From assembly GCA_964016885.1 (NCBI GenBank), contig CAXHJY010001210.1, positions 1 through 48,554 of the forward strand: DNA of 48,554 nucleotides, read 5' to 3'. Positions 1 through 12,998 of this stretch are shown piece after piece. Source of the stretch: Eledone cirrhosa (Eukaryota). The notes beneath the pieces are model-generated. The model saw nothing but the letters and a program-made list of their open reading frames with translations. It did no database searches and was not told the DNA's origin. The position numbers were made by a program, and so were the translations under genes. Numbering within the stretch: position 1 is the first letter of the stretch; every line of letters starts with the position of its first letter.

Positions 1-1042
1 GTTTCTATCTCAGCTCATCGGAAAGTTGTGACGCTTCTGCCAGGATTTTCGATTGATTAGGCAGTGGTCATCAATGGAAATACCAGTGGAAACATAGTTT
101 TCTCGCACCAATCTGAATATCGGCTCGTTTCCTTTCTTTCCTGTTTTGTCATTCTGACTAGGCAGACAAAAGCCTAGATTTACATAACGTGTAATATAAG
201 ACCATCAGAATGAATCTGTGTACAATATTGTTTTCGTTTTGTTTTTGTTGTCTTTAGCAGAAGAAACAAAAAAATTCAACCTTGCCCTTAGTTTCATTAC
301 CTTTCTCACCAATGATGGTGGATTGGAGGTCTCTAAATCTATTTAAATTATTGGAAACGTATTTAATTTAAAAATATCTACCTAATTAGTTGTTCAAGAA
401 TTCTGTCTGAAACGATAGATAATGTTTCTTGTCATATATATTTCTCCCTCTCTCTCTCTTTTTTTTTTGTCTGTTTTGTTTTGTTGTTGTTGTTTAACTC
501 ATATAAATATTTATCGTCCAGAAGGTGATGAAAAATCTACGTTCAGTAGAAAGACTATATTGATAATCTACATAACAGTTAACGAGGTGATATTTATTGT
601 GGTTCATGTTTTGGTTATGTTGCTGTTGTTACTGTTGTTGTTGTTGTTATTTTAGTTGTGGTTGCTGTAGCGCTGCTTGTGAGAGCCCAAGGCGCATTCA
701 GTTCCCAGTAATAATATTCTATCTTTCAATACGAGTAGCGAAAGTGAAGAAAAAAGAGGAAAAGGGTGAAAAATAAAACAAGGATCAAGACTAGCAGGCA
801 AGAAGAAGAAGTAGAAGAAGGAAATAAAAGCTAGGAGGCTGAAGGTTGAAGACGAGTCAAAGAAAGATGAAGAAGTTCAAAAGTAAAGAACGAAAGGCCG
901 AAAATAAATGGCAAATAGAAAAAGAAAATATAACAATACGATGATGTAAGACTATCAAGAATATAAAACATACACAAAAATATAATGTAAAAACGAACGA
1001 ACGCCATTAAAACTAAAGATATCGAATACACACACATACACA

Positions 1043-1164
<122 letters not shown>

Positions 1165-1319
1165 TATATAGATATATATATACGCGTGTTTGTGTATGTT
1201 TGTAGACTGGGAATGAGAACGAGAGGAGAGGGAAGAAAAGAAATTAGGTAAGAATGAAAGACATCAATTACAAAGCAAAGACAAGTAAATTAAGAAAGAC
1301 TAGTATATATATATATATA

Positions 1320-1376
<57 letters not shown>

Positions 1377-1483
1377 AGTATATAGATATATATGAGAGTG
1401 AGAGAGAGAGAGAAAACGAGGAAGAGAGGGGACTAAAGAAGAAAGAATATGCCTCTAATATACCTACTCAAATACGTTAGCAC

Positions 1484-1582
<99 letters not shown>

Positions 1583-1716
1583 CATATATATGTGTGTGCA
1601 TGTATGTATGTATGTATGTATGTATGTATGTATGTATGTATGTATGTATGTATGTATGTATGTATGTATATACAATAGATACATATACAGACAGATAGAT
1701 AGATAGATAGACAGAC

Positions 1717-1769
<53 letters not shown>

Positions 1770-1775
1770 AGGAGC

Positions 1776-1837
<62 letters not shown>

Positions 1838-2194
1838 GAGAGAGAGAATGAGTGAGAAAGAGAAAGCTAGATAGATAGAAAGCTAGATAGAGAGATAGAT
1901 AAAAAAATAGAAAGCTAGCTAGAGAGATAGAATAGATAGATATATAGACAGACATAGATATATATATAAAAGAGAAACCCGTATGAATACCAACAGGCGC
2001 TACTTCATTAAAAAGCAACAATGTGAAGTTTCTTTTTGTTCTATTTTTAAGTGAAACGTCTAAAAATGTTGATAGATACTTCTATTTCATAGTGTTATTT
2101 AGTTTAGAATTGGAGTGGCGGTGAGTGGCGGTGTGGGAGGGGGAGTGTCTTATTGAAACGTCTGTTGGCACATTGTAAACACTGGGAGCAATAG

Positions 2195-2288
2195 AAACAA
2201 CAACAACAACAACAACAACAATAACTACAACAATGAAGACGATGACTAGAAGCAGCAACAGCAACAAGAACGGTGACACCAAAACAAC

Positions 2289-2322
<34 letters not shown>

Positions 2323-3200
2323 ACAACAACAGCAACAATAACTACAACAACAACAACAACAGCAACAATAACTACAACAACAACAACAACAACAACAGCA
2401 ACAATAACTACAACAACAACAACAACAGCAACAATAACTACAACAACAACAACAACAACAACAGCAACAATAACTACAACAACAACAACAACAGCAACAA
2501 TAACTACAACAATGGTGAGGAAGTCGAGGAGCAGTAGCAGCAGCAACAGCAGCAACAACGGCGACAGCAAAAGCAACGAAAAACAACAACAATAACGACG
2601 ACGACAACGACAGAAGCAACAATAACAGCAACGACAACAACAATGACAACGACAGGAGTGTAACGACAACAACAACAACGACAACGACAACGATGACAAC
2701 GACAGGAGTGTAACGACAACAACAACAACGACAACGACAACGATGACAACGACAGGAGTGTAACGACAACAACAACAACGACAACGACGACAACAACAAC
2801 AAAAACAAAAACAACGACACCGACAACACCGACAACAACAACAACAACGACGACAACAACAACGATGACAAGGACAACGACAACGACAACAACAATAACA
2901 ACGACAACACGCGTAGCAGCAAAACAACAACAACAAGAACTACAACATTAACAACAACAACAACAAAAATCAACGACAGCAACAGCAATAACAACAACAA
3001 TAACATTAATAGCAACAAAATCTACAAAACAAGAAAAACAACAACAAGAATAACGAAATCATCAATGACAGTAACAACCATAACAACAACAACATCTACA
3101 AGAAGAAGAAGAAGAAGAAGAAGAAGAAGAAGAAGAACAACAACAACAACAACAACAACAACAGCAACAGTAGCAACTGCAACAAAAACAACTGCTACAG
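2195..3200. repeat. (CAA)n-based low-complexity array with higher-order units and a (GAA)n tract
   Basis: gcaacaataactac unit x6 (~2330-2510); ~51-bp gacaggagtgtaac unit x3 (~2642-2790). Confidence 0.95.
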
Positions 3201-3393
3201 AAACTGAAGCAAACGTAATATGGTAAAAAGTAGACAGATATTCTTGTCTATTCTACTTTAAAAATTAAGAAATATCGAAGACATACAGCTTTGTAGTTGT
3301 ATAGGTTAAACAGCGCCATCTTGCGACACTGCCAGTTGGTAAATATTGAACTTTGACAAATATTGATTTCTTATTTTACTTATAATTATTATC

Positions 3394-3470
<77 letters not shown>

Positions 3471-3471
<1 letters not shown>

Positions 3472-3613
3472 GATTCAGTCCAGAATTAGCCGTCGAAACG
3501 GCTTGAGCTCAGCCGTCGGGGTCTTACTCGTTCCTATTACCCACTCTACTACCGTAAGTATTGAGTACTTTGGTGCGTTATGGTCCACCTGGTTCCTTAC
3601 CACATTTCCTTCG

Positions 3614-3615
<2 letters not shown>
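3471..3615 (+). mobile_element. Solo pseudo-LTR fragment of the PLE 2 family (family A) in (TA)n
   Basis: Reverse complement of ~14114-14260; near-identical to 47833-48026. Confidence 0.8.
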
Positions 3616-3677
<62 letters not shown>

Positions 3678-4087
3678 CAAATAATTGATCGGAACGCTAG
3701 ATTTTTTTTTTCCGTAGTGCAATCAGTTGTATTAGATATATTAATAATCGAACTATCTGTCATGATATTATTGGTGATTCTTGTGACAACCTTAGATTGC
3801 ATGAAAGATGGCGTCGATACTGAAGTATTGTCGTTTTCAATTGAGAGGCAAAAAAATATACGTAAGCTGCAATATACAAATACATACAGATATGTAAAAA
3901 CCCGACCGCGCCGCCAAGCGGTTTCGGCTTGTGTATTCATCTTGCATTGAGTACTCCTATGATTGGTGCTCTCCCCGGCCTCAGCACCGCAGACTCTTTC
4001 TCTCTCCCCATCTCTCTCTCTCTCTCTCTCTCTGTTTCTCGTTCTCTCTCTGTTTCTCGTTCTCTCTCTGTCTCGCGCTCTCTCTCT

Positions 4088-4150
<63 letters not shown>

Positions 4151-4154
<4 letters not shown>

Positions 4155-4892
4155 ATTTAGTATATCTACTAACATATGCGTACAGATGTACACTAATGCT
4201 AGCAAATACATAAGTTATGTCATAGTACCTAGGTGGTTCAATGCAGGAGGATGCAGAACAATAATATGAAAGACGTAAAATAAGAAAATTTAAAAAAAAG
4301 TTAAAAAAATTAACTTACTTACTAAAATTTTCACTCCAACTAATTAGTTTCTGTAATGGGATAAAGACAGTTACGTAATATAACCGTCGAGAATTCATTA
4401 CGTCATCAGGGAGTCTATTCTCAGCTAAGTCTCCAGGCAATGCGCGGACACTGGGGACTCATATAAAAATAATAATAATTCGGTAGATGGAACAGCTAGC
4501 GGGGACTGGATTCCATGCACTGAAAAGCTCGCTGTCTCTGGTCAAATGGCAGATTCTAAAGAATCAATCACGTGACACTGAGGCTAGTCGGAAGGAGTGG
4601 GATGGTAAGATGACAGAAGCCTACTACCACACCAGTGAATTAGTAGTGGTTTTGGCAGGTTTGCTCAACAAATAAATAATTTGGAGATAAATATAGAGAA
4701 TTTAGTATAACTACTAACATATGCGTACAGATGTACACTAATGCTAGCAAATACATAAGTTATGTAATTGTACCTAGGTGGTTCAATGCAGGAGGATGCA
4801 GAACAATAATATGAAAGACGTAAAATAAGAAAATTTTAGTAAGTAAGTTAATTTTTTTAATTTTTAAAAAATTTTCTTATTTTACGTCTTTC

Positions 4893-4898
<6 letters not shown>
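4151..4898. mobile_element. Non-coding PLE pseudo-LTR-like element (family B): 545-bp period direct repeat plus inverted tail
   Basis: 4151-4290 repeated at 4696-4835; 4838-4898 is the reverse complement of ~4262-4324; homologous to 40008-40702. Confidence 0.75.
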
Positions 4899-4929
<31 letters not shown>

Positions 4930-5151
4930 ATATTTGGGGAGGGTCATATTTGCGTAATATTGCCAGAATTAATAACAGAACACACTCACTGTTTGGTTGG
5001 TTTTCGCTTCTCGCTGTCTTTTATATATATATATCTGCGATCTAACTTACTCGGTCCTCAATGTTGCCATTGACTGACCGGCGGTCAAAAATAATACAGA
5101 TACAATATAGACACAAACACATATATATAGTTTACATAATTTACATAAATC

Positions 5152-5179
5152 TTTCGTTGCACATCTGCAACATCGTCAG
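5152..5179 (-). ncRNA. Partial hammerhead motif in the PLE 1 pseudo-LTR (sense strand)
   Basis: CTGACGA t gttgca gatg tgcaac GAAA; stems I and III not evident; homologue at ~21765-21788. Confidence 0.5.
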
Positions 5180-5457
5180 TGGTGTTATATTCATTGTTCC
5201 TCCTGTTGTGTTGTATGTCTACGCCATTTTTTTTTTTTTTTTTCGTTCAGTCTGTCTATATATTTATTTATTTATTTGCTTGTTTGTTTATCTTATTTTA
5301 TTTTGTCTTCTTTGCGCATGCGTTTGCGTGTGTGTATAGTGTTATGTGTGATGTGTGACTAGTGTGTATAGTGTTGTGTCTGCTGGGTGACTAGTGTGTG
5401 TTTATGTGCTTGTGTATGTATTTATTTATCTTATTTTATTTAATTTTATTTACTTAT

Positions 5458-7872
5458 TTATACTTCTCTTAGGTCAGTGTTGTTTGTTTGGGTGTTGTTG
5501 TTGTTCCACTCATTCTTTCTGTTTAGCTTTGGTTTTCTAATTTCTATTTCACTGGCCTCTCTGATTTGCCTATCTGCTGGGTCATTCCTATGTTTAGATA
5601 TTATTCTAATTTCTATGTTGTCTATGTTACCGTCATGTTGTTGTCTAGCATGTTCGTATAGTACTGACCCGTTTTTTCGTCCTTTTAGTTCCCCCCAGTG
5701 TTGGTCTATCCTTTCACCTATGCTACGAACTGTCTCACCTATGTATGTTGTTGTCATGTTTCTGCAAGTACCCTCTGTACATCTTATGCTATAGACTACG
5801 TTTCTAGTTGTACAGTTTATCCGGGGGTTCACCTTACAAATGATACATTTCCTATTGGTACAGTGGGTTTTCTTAAAAGGGTAGGTTTTGCTGATCAGGG
5901 ATTTTATGGTGGTTCCTGGCTTTTCTACCACCTTTATTTTTAAGTGGGTCTTTCTCAGGGCCTTTCTACACTGGTTAGCTAATTTCCCTCCAGGGGTGGC
6001 GTCCACAAACATGACACTCTGATATCTCTGGTTGTCGTACCATGATGTGGCCTTCCCTATCTTATGTCTAGCCCTATCTAAGCTATTCCATGATTTGCTC
6101 CTGTATAGTGGGCAAATTCCTTTCATGTCCAGTTCTATGAGGGTCTTATACTTTTCCATGGCTCCTTCGTATACTCTGACTCTGTCTCTTTGGTTGTAGC
6201 CAGAGAACTGCATGCGGTTGATGAAGTGTTGGATGTGTCCTTCCATTTCTGTTGGGTCGCACATGCTGGACACATTCTTCATCATTCGTACCAAATCTGC
6301 GATCAGAATATTAAACTTAGCACTACTGGACATTGCTGAGTTTTTGAGTATCAGGTATTTGGAGGCCATGGGTTTAGCATAGTGTGAGTGGAGAATGTGG
6401 GCTCTCTCGTCTATAGTGTTAATCCAGAGTTCTGTGTCTAATACAGGTAGTCTATTGTTAGGGTGTTTGGAAGGGAAGTCTATAGTTACAGTTATACTCT
6501 GGTGTATGGAATTAGCTATCTGCTGGATGCTTTCCATCGTGCTACGTTCTAAATCAAACTTGTTAGTGCTCTCTAGTGGGGGTGTTCTTATAACTATATT
6601 GATATCGTCTACATAACGAGAGTACATGATGAGGTCTATGGAGCTTTCATTAAGGAGATCTTTAAGTCTCCTTTCCCACCATACCATGAAAAGGTTGGCA
6701 ATATCACCAGCTATGCTGACGCCGATGGCTGCTCCCTCATTTTGGGTGTAGATTTTCTCATTGAACTTAAATATGTGGCCCTTTAGGGTAGTTTTGATAC
6801 TAGCCCCTATTGCATGTGCGACCATTTTTCTTACCTGATCAGTGTTTTGGGGGGTCCGTATAGCTTTGGTCCACCCAATCCACCTTCCTATGGGAGTCTT
6901 TTTAGCCATTGAGGTTATGGTGGGGGGTCTACCTCTTATAGGTCTACTAGGGCAGAAACATCTAAGGTCATGGCTGTCTAGGTAGTCAGTGTCGTAGGTA
7001 AGTCTAAGTAGGAGGCCCAGTTCGTCTGTGTCGACGTCGCAGAACTCCACCTCACTCTCAATGATCATCTCCACACATCTTTTCACAGCAAAATCAATGT
7101 TAATGGATGGGTACAGTGACACCACATCCATGCTGCCTATTATGCAGTTGGATAGGCTCCTGTTTTTGTTGCACTCACTGATTCTGCTGAGGAGGTCCTC
7201 TGTACTTTCACATACATCTGGGGACATCTTGATTATGGGGCGTATAACCATTGAGAGGAAGTAGGAGATCCTGTAGTTGCTAGCTATATTAGCTCCGCAT
7301 ACGGGTCTTGTTGGTGGTCCTGTTGTCGGGTCGTCGACTGTCTTGTGGTCTTTGCGGAGCCCATACAAGGGTGGTATGCCATTGTTAGACGCCTGGAAGT
7401 TGTTGGCAGTGCGTCTGCTTGGCTTTAGGATGTCAGTCCACATCATCATGTGAGCGTTGAGGATTTTTTCTCTCCCATCGTGTGTTAGTTGTGCAACTTC
7501 GCTCGTGTTGGTGATGTGGGGTTGCATTGCCTCGATGTAGTTCGGCATGCTATCTATTGACATCCTACCAGACTTATCTGTGGGTAGACACACTACCTCA
7601 CCATCCCTTGTGCGCTGCTTGAGGCTAACCAAGCCTTCTACAGGTTTTATCCCAAGTTGTTGGGCCTCTGGTCTGCTCTGTCTCATAGTGTACCTGTCTA
7701 CTACTTGTCTAATGTTATTTCTAGCTATGGTGAACTGTGCCTCCGTCTCGTCATCTATTTGCTGTGGTATGCAAACTCTTTTATTAAAGGGTAACCTCGT
7801 AGGATAGATATTACCCATCTTATATGTTTTGTCCCCAAATATAACAATATCTGTTTCGACACACGATTTCAT
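5458..7872 (-). CDS. Penelope-like retroelement ORF: reverse transcriptase + C-terminal GIY-YIG endonuclease (804 aa, open; probably 5'-truncated; tentatively Naiad-like)
   Basis: RT motifs PTRPVCG, GSMDVVSLYPSI, QNEGAAIG, SRYVDD, LPVLD; Cys linker CTNRKCIIC; GIY-YIG VVYSIRC...TYIGETVRSIGERIDQH; C-terminal REASEI...PKLN. Confidence 0.95.
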   Translation of the reverse strand: MKSCVETDIVIFGDKTYKMGNIYPTRLPFNKRVCIPQQIDDETEAQFTIARNNIRQVVDRYTMRQSRPEAQQLGIKPVEGLVSLKQRTRDGEVVCLPTDKSGRMSIDSMPNYIEAMQPHITNTSEVAQLTHDGREKILNAHMMMWTDILKPSRRTANNFQASNNGIPPLYGLRKDHKTVDDPTTGPPTRPVCGANIASNYRISYFLSMVIRPIIKMSPDVCESTEDLLSRISECNKNRSLSNCIIGSMDVVSLYPSINIDFAVKRCVEMIIESEVEFCDVDTDELGLLLRLTYDTDYLDSHDLRCFCPSRPIRGRPPTITSMAKKTPIGRWIGWTKAIRTPQNTDQVRKMVAHAIGASIKTTLKGHIFKFNEKIYTQNEGAAIGVSIAGDIANLFMVWWERRLKDLLNESSIDLIMYSRYVDDINIVIRTPPLESTNKFDLERSTMESIQQIANSIHQSITVTIDFPSKHPNNRLPVLDTELWINTIDERAHILHSHYAKPMASKYLILKNSAMSSSAKFNILIADLVRMMKNVSSMCDPTEMEGHIQHFINRMQFSGYNQRDRVRVYEGAMEKYKTLIELDMKGICPLYRSKSWNSLDRARHKIGKATSWYDNQRYQSVMFVDATPGGKLANQCRKALRKTHLKIKVVEKPGTTIKSLISKTYPFKKTHCTNRKCIICKVNPRINCTTRNVVYSIRCTEGTCRNMTTTYIGETVRSIGERIDQHWGELKGRKNGSVLYEHARQQHDGNIDNIEIRIISKHRNDPADRQIREASEIEIRKPKLNRKNEWNNNNTQTNNTDLREV

Positions 7873-7904
7873 ATAAAAAACCTCGCAAAACTAATTCATC
7901 GCCG

Positions 7905-7978
<74 letters not shown>

Positions 7979-8235
7979 ACCAATGATCAAAGGAAAAATT
8001 GTTTCACGTCACACCACACAGAATGATGGAAAGACACTACCACAAAAAAAAAATTATATGTTTTCTGAAGATGTGTGATAAATATTTAAGTATTGCATAT
8101 GATTGAACAATATATATTGTAGTCAGCATATGTAGACTAATATAATAGACATAGAAACATGTGTAAAAGCCATTGAATTCTTACTCTCTCTTCTCACTGA
8201 AGTCTATATTTTTCTTGATGCAATACTTGCTTATA

Positions 8236-8296
<61 letters not shown>

Positions 8297-8739
8297 GTGT
8301 GTGTGTGTATGTGTGTGTGTGTGTGTGTGCGTGTAAATTAGTATTGGTGCTCCATCATAACGTTATGCATATATATATATATATATGTACATTTAACAAC
8401 TTTTCCCTATGAATTTTTTTAAGTTTGCGACCACCGTCACAAATCTTTAGTATCAGCAGTATCTCACTATTTTGCTTAATGAAATGTTTCTTTAGCCAAT
8501 GATTTCTGTTTCATTGATTTCATTTCTTGGTTTAACGATATTCTTTGTTCCAAGAATGATAGTTTTAAAGATGCAAGTTTGGTCTAAAAGTCCTGATCAA
8601 TCCAGTAACGTTACTTAACCATTGATTTCAGTTGAACAGAGGCTGGTACTTGATTGAAAACAGGTTATGTGACCCGATAATGTTAGTTGGTAAAAGTCTG
8701 AGGTTAGTCAAAAGCTGGGGATGGATACAATAAAGCTAC

Positions 8740-9290
8740 TTGATCCACGATGTTTGTTGATTAGACACTTATTCTTGATACAAAAACATTAGTTCGTCCT
8801 GGAAAGTTTGCTGGTACAATGTTGAGCAGAGATTAATTAACACAGTAACGTAGGCGAGTCACATGCTGGAGGCTGATGCAGTAAAATTTCCTTGATCCAC
8901 GATTTTAGTTTATCAGACTATGATCGTTGATACACAAACATTAGTTCATCCTGGAAAGTTTGCTGGTACAATGTTGAGCAGAGATTAATTAACACAGTAA
9001 CGTAGGCGAGTCACATGCTGGAGGCTGATGCAGTAAAATTTCCTTGATCCACGATTTTAGTTTATCAGACTATGATCGTTGATACAAAAACATTAGTTCA
9101 TCCTGGAAAGTTTGCTGGTACAATGTTGAGCAGAGATTAATTAACACCGTAACGTAGGCGAGTCACTTGCTGGAGGCTGATGCAGTAAAATTTCCTTGAT
9201 CCACGATTTTAGTTGATCAGACAATGATCCTTGATATGAATGCATAAATTGATCCTAAAACGTTAGGTGGTATAACATTGGCCTGATATT
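8740..9290. repeat. 152-bp tandem repeat, ~3.5 copies plus a degenerate upstream unit
   Basis: tgatccacga at 8741, 8893, 9045, 9197. Confidence 0.95.
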
Positions 9291-9745
9291 AATTAATTCA
9301 GTAAGGTTATTTCGATTAATGCTGATATCTGAACCGGTAGTGCTTCTTTAAAAGAAAGCTCACCAGAAACAAAATAATCAGTAAAAAATACAACAATAAC
9401 AACAACAATACTGCATATATGAAGCAACAAATAAAAAATAACACTAAGCGTTGCAGTTAAAACTACATCAATAACAGCAACAACAGCTGCACAAGGAGAG
9501 TGAATATAATTTATTGTGAGATATTTGAATATATAATAACAATACATATGATATAAGGAGAAAATATAAGCAGATATAAAATATTCACTAGTAAGAGAAA
9601 GTGAGAGAGGAGATGTGGAGAGAGAGAGAGAGAGGCGGGAGAGAGAGAGGGGGGAGAAAGTAGATAGATGGATAAGGAAGGACAGAGACAAACTTTCAAC
9701 GGCATGACTAAAAGTTATCTAAAGTTATGTGATCATATAAACGTA

Positions 9746-9783
<38 letters not shown>

Positions 9784-9896
9784 GAATGTGTATGTGTATG
9801 TACGAACATGTATATATGTTTATGCGTGCGTAGATGTAACATATATGTATACCTGGTATATATATGTACATATATATATACACACACACACACACT

Positions 9897-10176
<280 letters not shown>

Positions 10177-10216
10177 CTGTGTGTGTATATATATATGTGT
10201 GTGTAGATACATATAC

Positions 10217-10273
<57 letters not shown>

Positions 10274-10307
10274 TATATGTATCTACACACACATACACTC
10301 ACACATT

Positions 10308-10356
<49 letters not shown>

Positions 10357-10624
10357 CACGCATATTTATGCTTGTTTTCGTTTTCTAATGAATATGTATA
10401 TTTGTTTCTGGGCGTATGTATGCATGCATCTTAGAGACGGCGTTGTTGTACGTGTGTCAACAACAGACCATATATCTTCAATATTTTGCTTACCATTTCT
10501 CATGTAAATGTTTATAGGCTATAGTATAAACATTACATAATAACAGAAGGAAATTGATGACAAAAGTCAAACGTAGCTGTTAAAATTAGGAGGAGGTCTT
10601 TAATAGTTTACAGAAAGTCCTATA

Positions 10625-11038
10625 AAAGTAATTGTTTCTACGTTTGGCACAAGGCTAGCAATTAATCCAGTGTATTACTGGTACTTTATTTTATCTACCG
10701 CGTAAGAATGAAAGGCAAAGTTAACCTCAACGCGATTTGAACTCAGAATGGCAAGGGCCGTAACTCTCTGCGTCTAAACATGGCGTCGTCCCTCTACCGA
10801 TACTGAAAATCCACCGAATACAAGTCCTTTAAAAGTAATACAAGTCCTTTAAAAGTAATTGTTTCTACTTTAGGCACAAGGCCAGCCATTACCCAGTGCA
10901 TTACTGGTACTTTATTTTATCGACCCCGTAAGGATGAAAGGCAAAGTTAACCTCGGCGGGATTTGAACTCAGATCGTAAAGGGACGTAACTCTGCTGGAA
11001 AGCATGGCGTCCGACCCTCTGCCGATACTGCCAATCCA
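10625..11038 (-). mobile_element. Two tandem tRNA-derived SINEs with a Nin/Deu-like central domain
   Basis: Reverse complement of B box gagttcaaatc and tttgcctttcatccttacggggtcgataaaataaagtaccag; copies at 10625-10813 and 10852-11038. Confidence 0.85.
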
Positions 11039-11139
11039 AAAGTAATACAAGAATGAATATAACAGAATTATCATTAACGATTTCATTTACCTACCATTTA
11101 CCTACCAACCTACCCCAGTGTCATCCATGGGATCTTAAT

Positions 11140-11314
11140 TATATGAAGTGGTTGTAGGCAGTTGTCGTGATACACGGCATGTCTTGGCCATTTTTACGCA
11201 TGTCTTGAAATGTCTGAACAGCCGATTTATTCAAAAAGGAAGAAGCAGGGATCCAGAGAGAGAAAGAGAGAGAGAGAGTGTGTGTGTGTGTGTCTGTGCG
11301 TGTGTGTGTGTGAG

Positions 11315-11349
<35 letters not shown>

Positions 11350-11370
11350 ATGTGTGTGTGTGTGCGGCGT

Positions 11371-11410
<40 letters not shown>

Positions 11411-11700
11411 GAGAGAGAGAAGTGAAAGGCATCCAGTTGTTGTCACAACACCTTTCTAGGAGAAGGGAACTCTAAAAAAAAAAAAACCTGCGGCTTCAAA
11501 AGCATCCGATTATGTTGACGAGTTCTCCTTTTCGGGTAGTGTTTTCAATGCTCAGAGAGTGGGATTGGTCGAGTGCAAGGCCTTTCCCCACTTAAAAAAC
11601 CTTCCAAGCACAGGCATTGCTTATTCAGGATATGTTACAGGTTTATGGTTGGCCGTAGCCTAAAAGTGCACCGAACATTATAATCTGACAAGCGATTGCA
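11140..11700. repeat. Unclassified interspersed repeat with an internal compound microsatellite; partial second copy at 13555-13824
   Basis: ggcatgtcttggccatttttacgcatg...gggatcca then (GA)n(GT)n(TA)n(GA)n(GT)n(GA)n at both sites; outer boundaries approximate. Confidence 0.7.
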
Positions 11701-11956
11701 ATACTCTTAGCAGAGTTTGCAGCCATCATTTGCGTATGTATAAATGTGAGAGTGTGTGCCTACGTATTTGCATGTATATATGTCTGTGTGAGCGTGTAAG
11801 TCATAAGTGCACCCATCTGTGTATACTATTACACTGAACGTACCAGTGATCAGCAGAGGCTGCCTTGCTCTATCTCAATACTTTGTTATATTATCAACAT
11901 CGTTACCAACATTATCATTTTTATTTTTAAAATTTCATTTACATACTTACAATCAC

Positions 11957-12128
11957 TATCGGTAGAGGATCGGACGCCATGCTTTGACACATAGAGTTAC
12001 GGCCCTTACCATTCTGAGTTCAAATCCCGCCGAGGTTAACTTTGCCTTTCTTCCTTACGGGGTCGATAAAATAAAGTACCAGTAATACACTGGGTAATTT
12101 GCTGGCCCTGTGCCAATAGTAGAAACAA
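11957..12128 (+). mobile_element. tRNA-derived SINE (same family)
   Basis: tcggtagaggatcggacgccatgc...gagttcaaatcccgccgaggttaactttgcctttc...gtcgataaaataaagtaccag. Confidence 0.85.
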
Positions 12129-12998
12129 CTATTACTAGTATTGTTATTATTACTACTACTTTTATATCCACTATAATTACTGGTATAACCAATGTTTTTG
12201 TTATATTTTCCTCTACAGTGGTCCTACTGTATTTTCAGCATTAATCTTTCATTCATATTTTAATTTTAATCACTGACAGGATTACTACGGAATTCAATTA
12301 ATTTTCTTGCCAATGTTTCTTAAAAATAAATTCTATAAATTTTTTTCCTAAAATCTTAACCCTATCATTTCATAATACTTTAATTATTTATCTCTTAATT
12401 TTATACCGTCTCACCTAATTGAACTCAGTACATCTCATTAGTCCTTCCCTTAGCAGTGGATACTTCTGGTGTCCTTGGCCCTAGGTCTACCTCCCTACAT
12501 ACCACCATAGGCACTGAGCTGGCTAGCCGCATATATTGATGTATGTGTGCGTGTATATGTGTATATATATACTTTATGTCTCTTTTGTTTTTAGTTCTTA
12601 ATTTATTTTACTTTCTTCTTTACAATTAATTCTCGTTTTAACTCTTACCCTTTTAATATCCATTATATTTCCACCACTACATCATTATCTATCTATACCG
12701 TACCATCATTACCAACATGACAACCATTTTTATTACCATTATTGGTATTTGCGGTAGTATTATTATTGATATTACTAGTATTATTAATGTTTTTCTAATT
12801 ACTGGAAAAATCATTGTCGAATAATCATATAGTTTACCAAGAGTAATAGTACATTTAATATAACTGTTATTACATTTAATATATTATATATATATATAAT
12901 ATATTAAATGTAATAACAGTTATATTTAAATGTACTATTACTCCTAATTATTACGTCCTAATTATTGTAAATGGTTTAATTATTGGTGTTGTTGTTAA

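Larger units (their letters stand above)
4924..7905 (-). mobile_element. Penelope-like element 1 (ORF + 3' UTR/pseudo-LTR) inserted in (TA)n
   Basis: ORF plus downstream region 4924-5457, bounded by (TA)n on both sides; 4924-5226 is homologous to 21577-21830. Confidence 0.85.

Noticed and set aside
2082-3018. Cys/Val/Thr-rich ORFs resembling mucin or metallothionein
   Set aside because: Products of the (CAA)n array, open in several frames
8064-8110. CTGAAGA followed by a hairpin
   Set aside because: No GAAA in register
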